Assembly: GCA_030825825.1 (NCBI GenBank)
Contig: JAPJPE010000002.1
Location: 1 to 33,234, forward strand
Direction: 5' to 3'
DNA from: Streptococcus sp.
Lineage (GTDB): Bacteria; Bacillota; Bacilli; Lactobacillales; Streptococcaceae
DNA length: 33,234 nt
Shown: positions 9,873 through 20,030 of the stretch, one piece after another
Layout of the letters: each line of letters opens with the position of its first letter
Position numbering within the stretch: the first letter of the stretch is position 1
Made by a program: the position numbers and the translations under genes
Notes under the pieces: model-generated
What the model was told of the DNA's origin: nothing
Seen by the model: the letters and a program-made list of their open reading frames with translations, nothing else
Databases searched by the model: none

Positions 9873-12800
9873 ATGGAAGTTAAAAATAAAAAATGGTTAA
9901 AATACATCGGTCAGAGTGCGGTTGTGCTCCTTTTGATGGGATCTGTCGTGGGTCTGTATACGACTGTTCAAAAGGACCAAAAGCAAAACGAAGCCAAGAC
10001 CGTGCAAACGACAGAAAACACCAAGCTCAACATTGCGGTTGTCAATGAAGACAAGGCGGTCAAACTGAATGATAAAGAATACAACCTTGGGGCTAGCTAT
10101 GTAAAGAATATCGAACGGGATAATTCGCAAAACTGGTCTGTACTCCCTCGTGGAGCCGCTGAGTCAGGACTTGCAGATGGCAAGTACCAGTTGATGATTG
10201 TCATTCCAAGTGACTTCTCAGAGAAGGTCTTGGAAGTGAACGCGGTTAATGCAGAGAAGACTACGGTGACGTATAAGGTCAATGCGGCTGGAAATTCTCA
10301 GGTTGAAAACGAGGCCAATAAAGTCGCTAAAGATATCGTTTCAGACTTGAATAGCCAGTTGGTTGATATGTATATGGTCAGCATTTTGAGCAACCTTTAT
10401 ACAGCTCAGAAGAACGTGGAAACAAGTAACAAGATCCAATCGACCAACATTGGTTCATACCGGAGTAACTTGCTGGATTCAGCTTTAGATTCCAAGAATA
10501 TTTTCCCAAGTCTCTATAGCTTGTCTACGTCTTCTGTCGAGTCGAATAATGCCTTGAAGACAGTCCTTGAGTCTTATACACAGGCTTTTGATCAATTGAC
10601 CCAATCTCAGGATCAGTACGGTCAAAACTTCGACACATTGATCAAGCAACGCTCTGAGGATAAGATCAGCCATGAAGAGTTCATGAATCAGCTGATGTCC
10701 ATGAACCAGTCTGTTGTCAGTGAAAAGACCCAAGAGTTGTATAAGAATCTACAACAAAACCAAGAAGCAATTACCAAACAATTGAGTCAACCAACTGAAA
10801 CAGAAGGAGATGCTTCAGGTACCAAGACCTATGCAGGCTTGACAAAAGATGTGAATGATCGTGTGGCAGACCTCGAAAAAGGGATCAAGGCAGAACGCGA
10901 CAAATTAGATGAGCATGAAAATAACATCGAGTCTTCTGTAAAAGCGAAGATCCTTGACTACTATGGTCTAAAAGAAGGAGAAAAAGTCACCCTTCGTACC
11001 TTGATTGGGAAGACGAGTATCAAGACCTTAAGTGAGGCACGTAATAAAGCGGATGATACTATTCGTCAAGCGATTGAAAAGTTGCCGTCTCTAGATCCAG
11101 CTAGTCTTAATCTCAATAAATATGGCAACCTCAATACAGCAATTCATTTTGATAGTACTTTTGCTGGGACGATGGCGAAAGCAAATGGAAATGCTGATGA
11201 TTTAAAAACTTTGGCTGCAGAAGTAGATGCCAAATCAACTGCAGTTGCCGATGTCCTCAATGCTAAATCTGGAAAACAGAAGGTTAGCATCCAAGTACCA
11301 GCAGGAGTCAAGGTGGATACTTGGACCTATGATGGACATACTTATGCAGGTAGCGGCGAGCAGGAAGTCGAACTGAAAGATGGCAAACAAATCCAAATTC
11401 ACCTTGTTGAAGATGGAGGAGCTATGCCAAGCGCGATTGATGTTGAAGTCCTTGTGAATGGGGTTTCTTCAACTAGTGTGACCGTATCTGCAGATGAATT
11501 GAGAACAGCTGTTGCTAACTATGCATCGAAAGCTAGTGAAATCGCCTTGGATTATCAACGCGCGGGAGCATTGATCGATGCCTACTATCCAGAAGATGAC
11601 AACCATGTTCGTCATTCACTCTATGATCCAATCGAAGATATGGATCTGACAAACGCTTTGGTCGACGTCGTGAAGGCTGCTGTTTCAAGTAACATAAAGG
11701 ACTACCGTAAGAGTATTGAAACGGATGAATCTGGGGATGCTACGAATAGTGTGAAAGCTCAGTTAGATGGCACCCTTAAACAGTTGCAAGACTTAGGGCC
11801 ACAATTGCAGGCTAACCTTGCAGCAATCGAAAACACCAACAAGGATTTAACCCAAAATATCAATGATCAATTGACGCAGTATGCAGACCTTCAAAAACGT
11901 TTAGAAGAGATCTCAAAAACACAAGAAACAGTGACACAAGCTCAAACCAAGACCGATGCAGATTTGTCAGCCCTTGGGTCTGAATACACGTCATTATTGA
12001 GCTCGACAGAAGGCGTTAAGAGCTCATCTCGTAGCAATGTAGAAGCTGCTAACTCTACCAATGAAATCTTTAGCCAATTGAACAAAGAATTGGAAAGAGC
12101 CCAAGGCAATACAGAGAAATTGTCTAGCAATGCGGAAAGTTTGATGGGTGAATTCGATAAGGAATTGTCTGAAAATGGAAACTTCGTTGAAGCCTTCCGT
12201 AAAGTCTTCAACAACGCCTATGAAAATGGTGTGCCAAATGAAGTCTTGCTCGACTTCTTGTCAAATCCAGTTGCAGAGAAATCTACTTCTGTGAAAGCGA
12301 CCATCAACGTCTACCGTCCATTTATCTGGATCTTTATGCTAGAAGTCTTGAGCCTCTTTACAGCTTATCTCTTTGCGACTCAGCCAATCATCCGCAAGGT
12401 GAAAGATCGTTTCAAATTGAATCGCTTGCAAGAGTCTGATCTCTTGTCTGTCGGTGTCCTTGTGGGACTTTCTCTCATTCTTGGACTGGTGATCGGAATG
12501 ATTTCAAGTATTCAACTCTCTGTTGGTCGTGAATATGTACCTTCATGGGTATTCTTAGCGGTTCTAGCAAGTTTTGTCTTGGTACAACTGCAATACCTCC
12601 TCTTGAAACACTTCCGTGTGATTGGAATGGGACTGGCCTTCTTCATGTTGATTAGCTATGTCTACCTATCAAGCGCGATCGGAACGACCGCGACCTTGTC
12701 AGGCCTTCCAGCACTGGTGAAAAATGTCAACCTCCTTTCTATTTTAGAAGGACAGTTTGCGGGTTACTTTGATGGACAAACAGCCGGTATCGGCGTCTTC

Positions 12801-12896
12801 TTCGGATTGTTGGTCTTCTTCGGACTTTTGGCGGCTGCCAATATCTTCATTCCAAAGAAGTTTACTCAAACAAAGGAAATTGAATCAAGCTTATGA
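9873..12896 (+). CDS. esaA: T7SSb membrane component EsaA
   Basis: N-terminal TM, IAVVNED and AESGL..GKY.LMIVIPSDFS motifs, long helical ectodomain, several C-terminal TM segments; follows esxA. Confidence 0.93.
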   Translation: MEVKNKKWLKYIGQSAVVLLLMGSVVGLYTTVQKDQKQNEAKTVQTTENTKLNIAVVNEDKAVKLNDKEYNLGASYVKNIERDNSQNWSVLPRGAAESGLADGKYQLMIVIPSDFSEKVLEVNAVNAEKTTVTYKVNAAGNSQVENEANKVAKDIVSDLNSQLVDMYMVSILSNLYTAQKNVETSNKIQSTNIGSYRSNLLDSALDSKNIFPSLYSLSTSSVESNNALKTVLESYTQAFDQLTQSQDQYGQNFDTLIKQRSEDKISHEEFMNQLMSMNQSVVSEKTQELYKNLQQNQEAITKQLSQPTETEGDASGTKTYAGLTKDVNDRVADLEKGIKAERDKLDEHENNIESSVKAKILDYYGLKEGEKVTLRTLIGKTSIKTLSEARNKADDTIRQAIEKLPSLDPASLNLNKYGNLNTAIHFDSTFAGTMAKANGNADDLKTLAAEVDAKSTAVADVLNAKSGKQKVSIQVPAGVKVDTWTYDGHTYAGSGEQEVELKDGKQIQIHLVEDGGAMPSAIDVEVLVNGVSSTSVTVSADELRTAVANYASKASEIALDYQRAGALIDAYYPEDDNHVRHSLYDPIEDMDLTNALVDVVKAAVSSNIKDYRKSIETDESGDATNSVKAQLDGTLKQLQDLGPQLQANLAAIENTNKDLTQNINDQLTQYADLQKRLEEISKTQETVTQAQTKTDADLSALGSEYTSLLSSTEGVKSSSRSNVEAANSTNEIFSQLNKELERAQGNTEKLSSNAESLMGEFDKELSENGNFVEAFRKVFNNAYENGVPNEVLLDFLSNPVAEKSTSVKATINVYRPFIWIFMLEVLSLFTAYLFATQPIIRKVKDRFKLNRLQESDLLSVGVLVGLSLILGLVIGMISSIQLSVGREYVPSWVFLAVLASFVLVQLQYLLLKHFRVIGMGLAFFMLISYVYLSSAIGTTATLSGLPALVKNVNLLSILEGQFAGYFDGQTAGIGVFFGLLVFFGLLAAANIFIPKKFTQTKEIESSL

Positions 12897-13348
12897 AAAA
12901 AATGATGTATCTTCTCTTTGTCTTTAGTCTCTTGCCAGTAGTTGTTGTTTCTGCAGATGATTTTATTGATAATCGTCTGCAGGTCAACAACTCACGTCTT
13001 GAGACAGAAGAGGAAAAGACACTCGGGGGCCAATTGGATGCGACTGAGTCTCTTTTCAATGAGAAGGATCAGAAAAAATTAGCAGATGAAAAACGCAAGC
13101 AAGAGAAACAATTGACCGATTCAGACGGCCAGTTGTTTTCTGCTATAAAGGGAAAGAAAAAAACAGGGCCTGAAGCGGACCTGTTCCAGCCGGAAAATCA
13201 AAAATTATCTAAATTTGAGTCCAATGTGGAGGACAATTCGGCCAGTTTGGCGGATTTTATTCCAGCCTTGCAAATGCTGGCTTGGAGTGCCCTTCTCTTT
13301 GGGATTGCTGGCTATATTTCTTATCGAATCTATAGAAAAGAGGCCTAA
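12893..13348 (+). CDS. essA: T7SSb component EssA
   Basis: Signal peptide, 151 aa, LF motifs, C-terminal TM; ATGA overlap with esaA; canonical position. Confidence 0.85.
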   Translation: MKKMMYLLFVFSLLPVVVVSADDFIDNRLQVNNSRLETEEEKTLGGQLDATESLFNEKDQKKLADEKRKQEKQLTDSDGQLFSAIKGKKKTGPEADLFQPENQKLSKFESNVEDNSASLADFIPALQMLAWSALLFGIAGYISYRIYRKEA

Positions 13349-13591
13349 ATGGACCAACATATCAATGTCACCTTCCGTATGAATGGGGCAAGCCATGACC
13401 TCCGGATCCCAACGCGGATGGAGGTGCGACGCTTGATTCGGGAATTGGATCAGATCTTTGGGTCTGCCATGGAGCCTAGAAGCAAGTATCAATTGCGCGT
13501 GGTAAATAAGGGCATCTTGCTGGATGAAGGCAAGGTGGTACAAGAGCATCCGATCACGAGTGGTGATCTGATCGAAATTGAGGAGTGGTAA
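13349..13591 (+). CDS. esaB: T7SSb ubiquitin-like protein EsaB/YukD
   Basis: 80 aa; HINVTF..DLRIP..VVNKG..ITSGDLIEI pattern. Confidence 0.9.
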   Translation: MDQHINVTFRMNGASHDLRIPTRMEVRRLIRELDQIFGSAMEPRSKYQLRVVNKGILLDEGKVVQEHPITSGDLIEIEEW

Positions 13592-13592
13592 G

Positions 13593-14882
13593 GTGAAAGA
13601 AGAACAATTTACACTGGAAGAACAAGTCTTCCATTTTGAAAAAGAAGAAACGAGCTGGCGACTGGACCTCAAGCGTTCAGAAGTGGATAGCCAGGATTTA
13701 CGCAATTTATGGATTTTGGATCTCCATCATCCCCTGTTTTTAGAGCAGAGCATGACGGCCGATCAAGACCAGATTCATCTGACCTATCAGACAGATGCGC
13801 TGGGCTTGAGTGCAGAAGAAATCCAAGAATTACCCGTATCAGACCGTCTTCGTCTAGCTATCAATGTCTTGGATTTGGCGCCAGCCTTGGAGCTTCCAGT
13901 GACCTTTATGTTGCATCCCGTCAATTTGTTTGTGACCAAGGATGCCCAAGTCAAGATTGCTTACCGCGGGGTTCCGGGAATGATGGTGCCACGCAAGTGG
14001 GATCAGGTTGAATTTTTGCGCCAGGCTAAGTGCTATGCCGTTACTCTTTTTGGTGATTGGGACTTCATGGAGCTCTATCAAGGGACGCTTGAATTAGAAG
14101 ATCTACCAGATTTCTTGGTAGAAATCCGTGATGCCGCTAGCTTAGAAGAGATGAAAGCTCTCTTAGAGAAAGCCTACCAAGAACGCAAGGAAGAGGAAGA
14201 AAAGACCTTGACCTTGGTTTCAAGCCGTCAACACCGAATCTTTAAGTTGGCAACTGTATGGCTTTCCGCTGTAGTGGCCCTCTTACTTTTGCCTTTGATC
14301 TATTTGGTCTTTTTCCAAGCACCCTTTAAAGAAAAGTTGCTTCAAGCGGATACAGCCTATCTCAAGGTAGACTATACCGGTGTAATCGATGAGTTGGAAG
14401 GAGTAGCTCCAAGCAGTCTTCCAACGACACAGAAATATGAGTTGGCGACGTCTTATTTGCAAGGCTTGAATTTCTCAGAGGACCAAAAGAAGGTCATACT
14501 TAACAATGTTACGCTCAAGTCAGACAGCCTCTATCTCCACTACTGGATCTATATCGGCCGTCATGACTTTACCCAAGCGCTGGATACAGCCAAACGAATC
14601 GACGATTCAGACTTGATCATCTACGCCCTTCGTAAAGAAATCAAGGCGACACGTGATAGCGAAAAACTCTCTGGTGAACAGCGCGAGAAAAAACTCTCTG
14701 AGCTTGAGGGTGAATACAAGAAATACTGGGATGCCCGCTCTAAACTCTTAGAAGCAGAGACAGATGAAACCAAAGCTTCCACTAGCAGCTCAACAACGGC
14801 TTCGTCTACAGAAGGCTCCTCAACAGAAAGCTCGTCTTCTACAACTGCAAGCTCGACTGAGTCTAGCGACCACAAGGAGTAG
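13593..14882 (+). CDS. essB: T7SSb pseudokinase membrane component EssB/YukC
   Basis: FMLHPVNLF..IAYRG pseudokinase motifs, single TM, YWIYIGR in the ectodomain, Ser/Thr-rich tail; GTG 13593 has RBS AGGAG at 13581-13585 and is preferred over TTG 13578. Confidence 0.92.
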   Translation: MKEEQFTLEEQVFHFEKEETSWRLDLKRSEVDSQDLRNLWILDLHHPLFLEQSMTADQDQIHLTYQTDALGLSAEEIQELPVSDRLRLAINVLDLAPALELPVTFMLHPVNLFVTKDAQVKIAYRGVPGMMVPRKWDQVEFLRQAKCYAVTLFGDWDFMELYQGTLELEDLPDFLVEIRDAASLEEMKALLEKAYQERKEEEEKTLTLVSSRQHRIFKLATVWLSAVVALLLLPLIYLVFFQAPFKEKLLQADTAYLKVDYTGVIDELEGVAPSSLPTTQKYELATSYLQGLNFSEDQKKVILNNVTLKSDSLYLHYWIYIGRHDFTQALDTAKRIDDSDLIIYALRKEIKATRDSEKLSGEQREKKLSELEGEYKKYWDARSKLLEAETDETKASTSSSTTASSTEGSSTESSSSTTASSTESSDHKE

Positions 14883-14885
14883 TCT

Positions 14886-17800
14886 ATGAAAAAACGTATC
14901 ATACTCTATAAAAAAGGTTTTCGCTATGAGCTAGCGCTAGAAGAGGGAAAGACAGCCACCGTATCGAATCAAGAAACGGCTCAGTTGACCATTTCTTCGC
15001 AAGAAAATCCCCTTCATTTCCAATGGAGTCAAGGAGAAATCTTCTACCAGTATGGTGAAGACAAGGGTGTGCTTGAAAATAGCAAGATCCTTGGGGATGT
15101 AGTCTGCTACTTGGCGACAGGAGAAGTCCATACCTATGAACTGCTAGACAAGGAAGAAATCCTGGTAGCAGATGAAAAGGGTGCGGATGTGCGCTTGCAC
15201 TATCCAGTACGCTTTCTCCTTGTGAAAAAAGAGCAGACATGGACTTGCCAGCTCTTATCTGGAAAACTCTACCATAACCATAAACTCGTCAGTGAAGCGA
15301 CTTTTCCACTGGCCTTTGGGGATGAGCTGGCCATTGGAGATGTGACCTTTAAGCTCTATCCGGAAGAATTTGGCGTGGAAGGGGCTGTAGAAGTAAGTCC
15401 TTATTTAGTGCCGCGTTTGCATTCACGCTATGACTTTTACAAGGACTACCCAGAGTACCACCGGTCTCCGCGGATTATCTACCGGAGTTCGGAAGACAAG
15501 ATCTTGATCAATCCTCCGGGAGCGGAGCCTCAAAAGCCATCGGATGAACTCTTGAAGTTGATCATGCCCCCTCTCATCATGGTTGGGGTGACCCTCTTGA
15601 TCACCATTTTCCAACCGCGGGGGCTCTATATCATCGCGACGGTATCCATGTCTGTGGTTAGTGTCATCTTTTCGGTCCAAGGATTCTTCAAGAATCGTAA
15701 GAAATACAAAGAAGACAAGAAAGAGCGCGTGGAGCTCTACCATCTCTATCTCAAGGACAAGGCCAAGGACTTGGAACAGCTATCTCGTAAGCAGCGAGAA
15801 GGCATGTTTTACCATTTTCCAGCGATTGAAGACTTGACTAAGATGGTCAAACGCTATGACTCACGGATCTACGAAAAAACACCGCTTCATTTTGATTTTT
15901 TGGCCTATCGTTTGGGATTGGGCAAGGTTCCAACCAGCTATGAGCTCAAATATGGTCAGGAAGAGCGCAGTGGGAAGAAAGATGCCTTGGAAGAAGAAGG
16001 CTATGCCCTTTTCCAAGCTCACCAAAAGATCGACAATCTTCCGATTGTAGCTAGCCTTAATCGGGGACCTGTCGGGTACGTCGGCCCTCGTCCTATCGTG
16101 CTAGAGCAGTTGCAACTCCTGGTTTCCCAATTGGCTGTCTTTCACTCTTACCATGATCTGACCATTATTCCGATCATTCCAGAAGAGGAAAAAGAAAGCT
16201 GGGATTGGATGCGCTGGTTGCCTCATGCAACTCTGCAAGACATGAATGTCCGTAGCTTTGTCTACAATCAGCGGACACGCGATCAGGTCTTGAACAGTCT
16301 CAACCAAATCCTCAAGCTCCGCAAGGCGCAAAAAGAGGAAGAAAAAGCTAATGATACCAAGATCTTCCACCCTCACTATGTGGTCCTCATCACCGATGAA
16401 ACCTTGATTTTGGACCATGTCATCATGGAGTTCTTCCGTGAGGATCCGACAGAGCTCGGCTGCTCCATCATCTATGTGGCAGACGTGCTCTCATCTCTTT
16501 CTGAAAATATCCAAACCGTTATCTCTATCAAGGACCGCAACCAAGGGCAATTGCTCTTGCAAGAAGGGGTACTACGGGAGCTCGACTTCCAATTGGATCA
16601 CTTCCCTGAAGGTTATGACAAGGAAGCCATCTCGCGTGGCCTTGCGCCCCTCAAGCATATCCAACAGCTCAAGAGCTCGATTCCAGACTCGGTAACTTTC
16701 CTTGAAATGTACCAAGCGGAAACGTTCAATGACCTCAAGGTCTTGAGTCGTTGGGAGAGCCATGCTCCTTACCAAAGTTTGGCCGTGCCGATTGGTCTGC
16801 GTGGGAAGGACGATTTGGTCTACCTCAATCTCCATGAAAAAGCTCATGGACCCCACGGTTTGATCGCGGGGACAACCGGTTCTGGTAAGTCTGAAACCAT
16901 TCAGTCTTATATCCTGAGCCTTGCCGTCAACTTCCACCCCCACGATGTGGCTTTCCTCCTCATCGACTACAAGGGTGGGGGAATGGCCAACCTCTTCAAG
17001 GATCTGCCTCATTTGCTTGGGACCATCACCAACTTGGATGGTGCCCAGTCTATGCGGGCCCTAGCCTCTATCAATGCGGAGATCCATCGTCGGGAGCGGC
17101 TCTTTGGCCAATATGGGGTCAACCATATCAACCAATACCAAAAGAAATTTAAACTGGGTGAAGCGACCGAACCGCTTCCTCACCTCTTCTTGATCAGTGA
17201 TGAGTTTGCCGAACTCAAGGTCAACCAACCAGACTTCATCAAGGAATTGGTCTCTATCGCACGTGTCGGGCGTTCCCTCGGGGTGCACTTGATCCTTGCG
17301 ACGCAGAAACCTTCTGGGGTCGTGGATGACCAGATCTGGTCCAACTCTCGCTTCAAGCTAGCCCTCAAGGTAGCAGACCGTGGCGACTCCATGGAGATGC
17401 TGCGGACGGCAGATGCGGCTGAGATCACTCAGACCGGTCGTGCCTACCTCCAAGTCGGAAATAACGAAGTCTATGAACTCTTCCAAACCGCCTGGTCTGG
17501 AGCAGACTACCAGCCTGAAAAGGACCAACTAGGGATCGAAGACCATACCATCTACTTGATCAATGAACTGGGCCAATACGAAGTCCTCAACCAAGATCTC
17601 TCCGGTCTGGATATGGCAGAAGAAATTAAGGAAGTGCCAACAGAGCTAGATGTCATCGTGCAAGAAATCAACCACTTGCACCAACAAGAAGGCATCGCAG
17701 CTGTGGCCCAACCATGGTTGCCACCGCTCAAAGAGCGGATCACGCTGGATGAGTTGGACAAGGTCGTGCCGATCGAGGCTTGGCAAAAACGGACAGCTCC

Positions 17801-19307
17801 AAGCGTCCTGATCGGGGTAGCCGATATCCCGCAAGCGCAAAAGCAAGAAGCAGTCGCCATCGATCTGTCAAAAGATGGGAATATCCTCCTTTACGGAAGT
17901 CCAGGGACAGGAAAGACGACTTTCCTTCAGACAGTCGCAATGGATCTGGCCCGCAAGCAGAGTCCAGAAAATCTGACCATGTACCTGCTTGATTTCGGAA
18001 CCAATGGTCTAGCACCACTGACTCAACTGCCACATGTGGCCGATAGCTTGCTACTCGATCAGACAGAGAAAATCCAGAAATTCATCCGGATCATCAACCG
18101 CGAGTTGGACCGTCGCAAGAAACTCCTCTCTGAGCATGGGGTCGGCACCATCGCCCTCTACCGTGAAGTGACCGGGAAGCAAGAGCCAACCATGGTCATT
18201 TTGATGGATAGCTATGAGTCCATGAAGGACGAGCCTTATGAGACAGACCTCTTCAAACTCTTCATGCGGATCTCCCGTGAAGGTCTCAGCATCGGTGTGC
18301 ACTTGATCATCACAGCTAGCCGACAAAACAACCTACGGGCTCAGCTCTATTCCAACTTCAAGCACCAGCTGACCTTGCCACAAAATGATATCTCTGAAGT
18401 CCGCGGTATCGTGGGAGCAACCCCACTGGCAGCTACGATGGAAGACATCAAGGGACGAGCACTCATGAAGCGTGGCGAAGTTGATGTCGTCCAATTCGCC
18501 CTACCAGTCGCAGGGGACAATGATATCCAAATTATCAACAACCTTCGCGATCAAGTCCAAAGTCTCAAAGAGATGTGGACTGGCCAAACACCAGCAGGCA
18601 TCCCAATGGTGCCAGATGAGTTGACAGAAGCAGCCTTCTATGGACGTGAGGACGTGAAAGAGTCCATGGAAAATCTAGAATTTCCAATTGGACTTGACTT
18701 TGAAATGGTCAAAACTATCAAGATTCCATTTGATCGCTTGAAAAATCTGGTATTTATGGCGGACTCTCCAGAATCACTGGAAAATCAGCAAAAACATTTG
18801 TTAAATACAGCACTTCAATTTGGATCAAAATTACATATTATGCTGGTGGATCCATTAGAAGAATGTATTGCCTACAAGGATAGAGTTTCTACTTATATTA
18901 GTAGTAGCCAAGAAATCTCTGAAATTGCTAAACAATTAATATATGAGGTTGATCGTCGTCTTGAAAAAGATCTATATTCAGACTGGTTGATCATGATGCC
19001 AACTATTAAGGCAATTGTTGATCACGGACTCACAGAAAAAGATCTACGCTATCTATTTGATAATGGACCACGAGCTGGTATGCACTTTGTAATAGGAAGT
19101 GAATATGCCTATCTTGGAAATAACATCAATGAAGTACCGAAATATCTCAAAGGCAATGCTCAATGGTTTATGATCGGTATGAGATTGATGGATCAAATGT
19201 TCCTAGATAAGCCTTATAATAATCGAGAAGCACGTCTTGCTTCAGATGAAATTTACTTGCATGATCGCAAGCAAGCTATTAAACTTAAAATCACCAAGAA
19301 TGGATAG
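14886..19307 (+). CDS. essC: T7SSb FtsK/SpoIIIE ATPase EssC
   Basis: N-terminal FHA-like region, YHRSPR, two TM segments, LNLHEKAHGPHGLIAGTTGSGKS, IDYKGGG, second Walker A GSPGTGKT, degenerate last ATPase domain. Confidence 0.98.
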   Translation: MKKRIILYKKGFRYELALEEGKTATVSNQETAQLTISSQENPLHFQWSQGEIFYQYGEDKGVLENSKILGDVVCYLATGEVHTYELLDKEEILVADEKGADVRLHYPVRFLLVKKEQTWTCQLLSGKLYHNHKLVSEATFPLAFGDELAIGDVTFKLYPEEFGVEGAVEVSPYLVPRLHSRYDFYKDYPEYHRSPRIIYRSSEDKILINPPGAEPQKPSDELLKLIMPPLIMVGVTLLITIFQPRGLYIIATVSMSVVSVIFSVQGFFKNRKKYKEDKKERVELYHLYLKDKAKDLEQLSRKQREGMFYHFPAIEDLTKMVKRYDSRIYEKTPLHFDFLAYRLGLGKVPTSYELKYGQEERSGKKDALEEEGYALFQAHQKIDNLPIVASLNRGPVGYVGPRPIVLEQLQLLVSQLAVFHSYHDLTIIPIIPEEEKESWDWMRWLPHATLQDMNVRSFVYNQRTRDQVLNSLNQILKLRKAQKEEEKANDTKIFHPHYVVLITDETLILDHVIMEFFREDPTELGCSIIYVADVLSSLSENIQTVISIKDRNQGQLLLQEGVLRELDFQLDHFPEGYDKEAISRGLAPLKHIQQLKSSIPDSVTFLEMYQAETFNDLKVLSRWESHAPYQSLAVPIGLRGKDDLVYLNLHEKAHGPHGLIAGTTGSGKSETIQSYILSLAVNFHPHDVAFLLIDYKGGGMANLFKDLPHLLGTITNLDGAQSMRALASINAEIHRRERLFGQYGVNHINQYQKKFKLGEATEPLPHLFLISDEFAELKVNQPDFIKELVSIARVGRSLGVHLILATQKPSGVVDDQIWSNSRFKLALKVADRGDSMEMLRTADAAEITQTGRAYLQVGNNEVYELFQTAWSGADYQPEKDQLGIEDHTIYLINELGQYEVLNQDLSGLDMAEEIKEVPTELDVIVQEINHLHQQEGIAAVAQPWLPPLKERITLDELDKVVPIEAWQKRTAPSVLIGVADIPQAQKQEAVAIDLSKDGNILLYGSPGTGKTTFLQTVAMDLARKQSPENLTMYLLDFGTNGLAPLTQLPHVADSLLLDQTEKIQKFIRIINRELDRRKKLLSEHGVGTIALYREVTGKQEPTMVILMDSYESMKDEPYETDLFKLFMRISREGLSIGVHLIITASRQNNLRAQLYSNFKHQLTLPQNDISEVRGIVGATPLAATMEDIKGRALMKRGEVDVVQFALPVAGDNDIQIINNLRDQVQSLKEMWTGQTPAGIPMVPDELTEAAFYGREDVKESMENLEFPIGLDFEMVKTIKIPFDRLKNLVFMADSPESLENQQKHLLNTALQFGSKLHIMLVDPLEECIAYKDRVSTYISSSQEISEIAKQLIYEVDRRLEKDLYSDWLIMMPTIKAIVDHGLTEKDLRYLFDNGPRAGMHFVIGSEYAYLGNNINEVPKYLKGNAQWFMIGMRLMDQMFLDKPYNNREARLASDEIYLHDRKQAIKLKITKNG

Positions 19308-19319
19308 GGAGGTAACTAT

Positions 19320-19673
19320 ATGACACCAATACAGAGTAGAGAAGAAGTCGCAAGTTCTATCGCTTCAGGAATAGCGAGTGCGGCAGGAAGTATAACAGCA
19401 CCTGGCCCAGTCACACTAGATGGATCGAGTGAGTATCCAGGAAATAGTACAGCTGCAGAAAAAATTCCAGAGGAAGCCAACTATGCAGCCTCAATTAGTG
19501 GTGTGCTAAATGATTTTGTAGAATTGATCCATGGGGTTGCGGCAGAATTTGTAGCCATGGATAGTAATATCGCGTCCAACATCGATGCCAATACATCTAA
19601 TTTACCAGAAACCAGTGCAGCTCCTGGTGAGAGCGGAGAGTTTGTACCAAATTCGGGATACTTTGCAGAATAA
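19320..19673 (+). CDS. LXG-associated helical partner with FxxxD export motif (TIGR04197/DUF3130-like)
   Basis: IQS..VASSIA N-terminus, YPGN, IHGVAAEFVAMD (F-V-A-M-D = FxxxD); RBS GGGAGG; directly after essC. Confidence 0.8.
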   Translation: MTPIQSREEVASSIASGIASAAGSITAPGPVTLDGSSEYPGNSTAAEKIPEEANYAASISGVLNDFVELIHGVAAEFVAMDSNIASNIDANTSNLPETSAAPGESGEFVPNSGYFAE

Positions 19674-20029
19674 TGAAACCAATCACCTTAGAAGAGATCG
19701 ATAAAAAGAAGAAAAACATTACCCAATCGCTCGATCAGCTGAACTTAGAAAAAAGGAAAGTGGAGAGAGCAGAAAAGGAAATGTTTGAACTACATCGACA
19801 AAGCTTAAAACCTCTTCGTCAGATCTTAACGCTGCCCATATCTTCCAAAGACTATCAAGTCTACGAAAATCTAATCGTGAGTGTAGAAGGCATCGGAGCT
19901 ATGGTTGAAGAATGGTCTGAAGGACGAAGAGCGGATATTAAGAAGCGAGAAAATCAGCTGGATGAGCAATTAAATGAACTCTACCACGCTAGAAAGAAAC
20001 TATTAATAGAACAGGAGTCGAAAAAGTAA
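19673..20029 (+). CDS. Second LXG-associated alpha-helical partner (DUF3958/DUF5082-like)
   Basis: 118-aa charged coiled-coil protein; TAATG coupling to the previous gene; immediately upstream of the LXG gene. Confidence 0.7.
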   Translation: MKPITLEEIDKKKKNITQSLDQLNLEKRKVERAEKEMFELHRQSLKPLRQILTLPISSKDYQVYENLIVSVEGIGAMVEEWSEGRRADIKKRENQLDEQLNELYHARKKLLIEQESKK

Positions 20030-20030
20030 T

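Noticed and set aside
13578..13592. TTG start for essB overlapping esaB
   Set aside because: GTG at 13593 has a well-spaced AGGAG and avoids the overlap
18700..19307. Missing Walker A in the last EssC domain as a sign of inactivation
   Set aside because: Distal EssC ATPase domains are commonly degenerate and the ORF is full length
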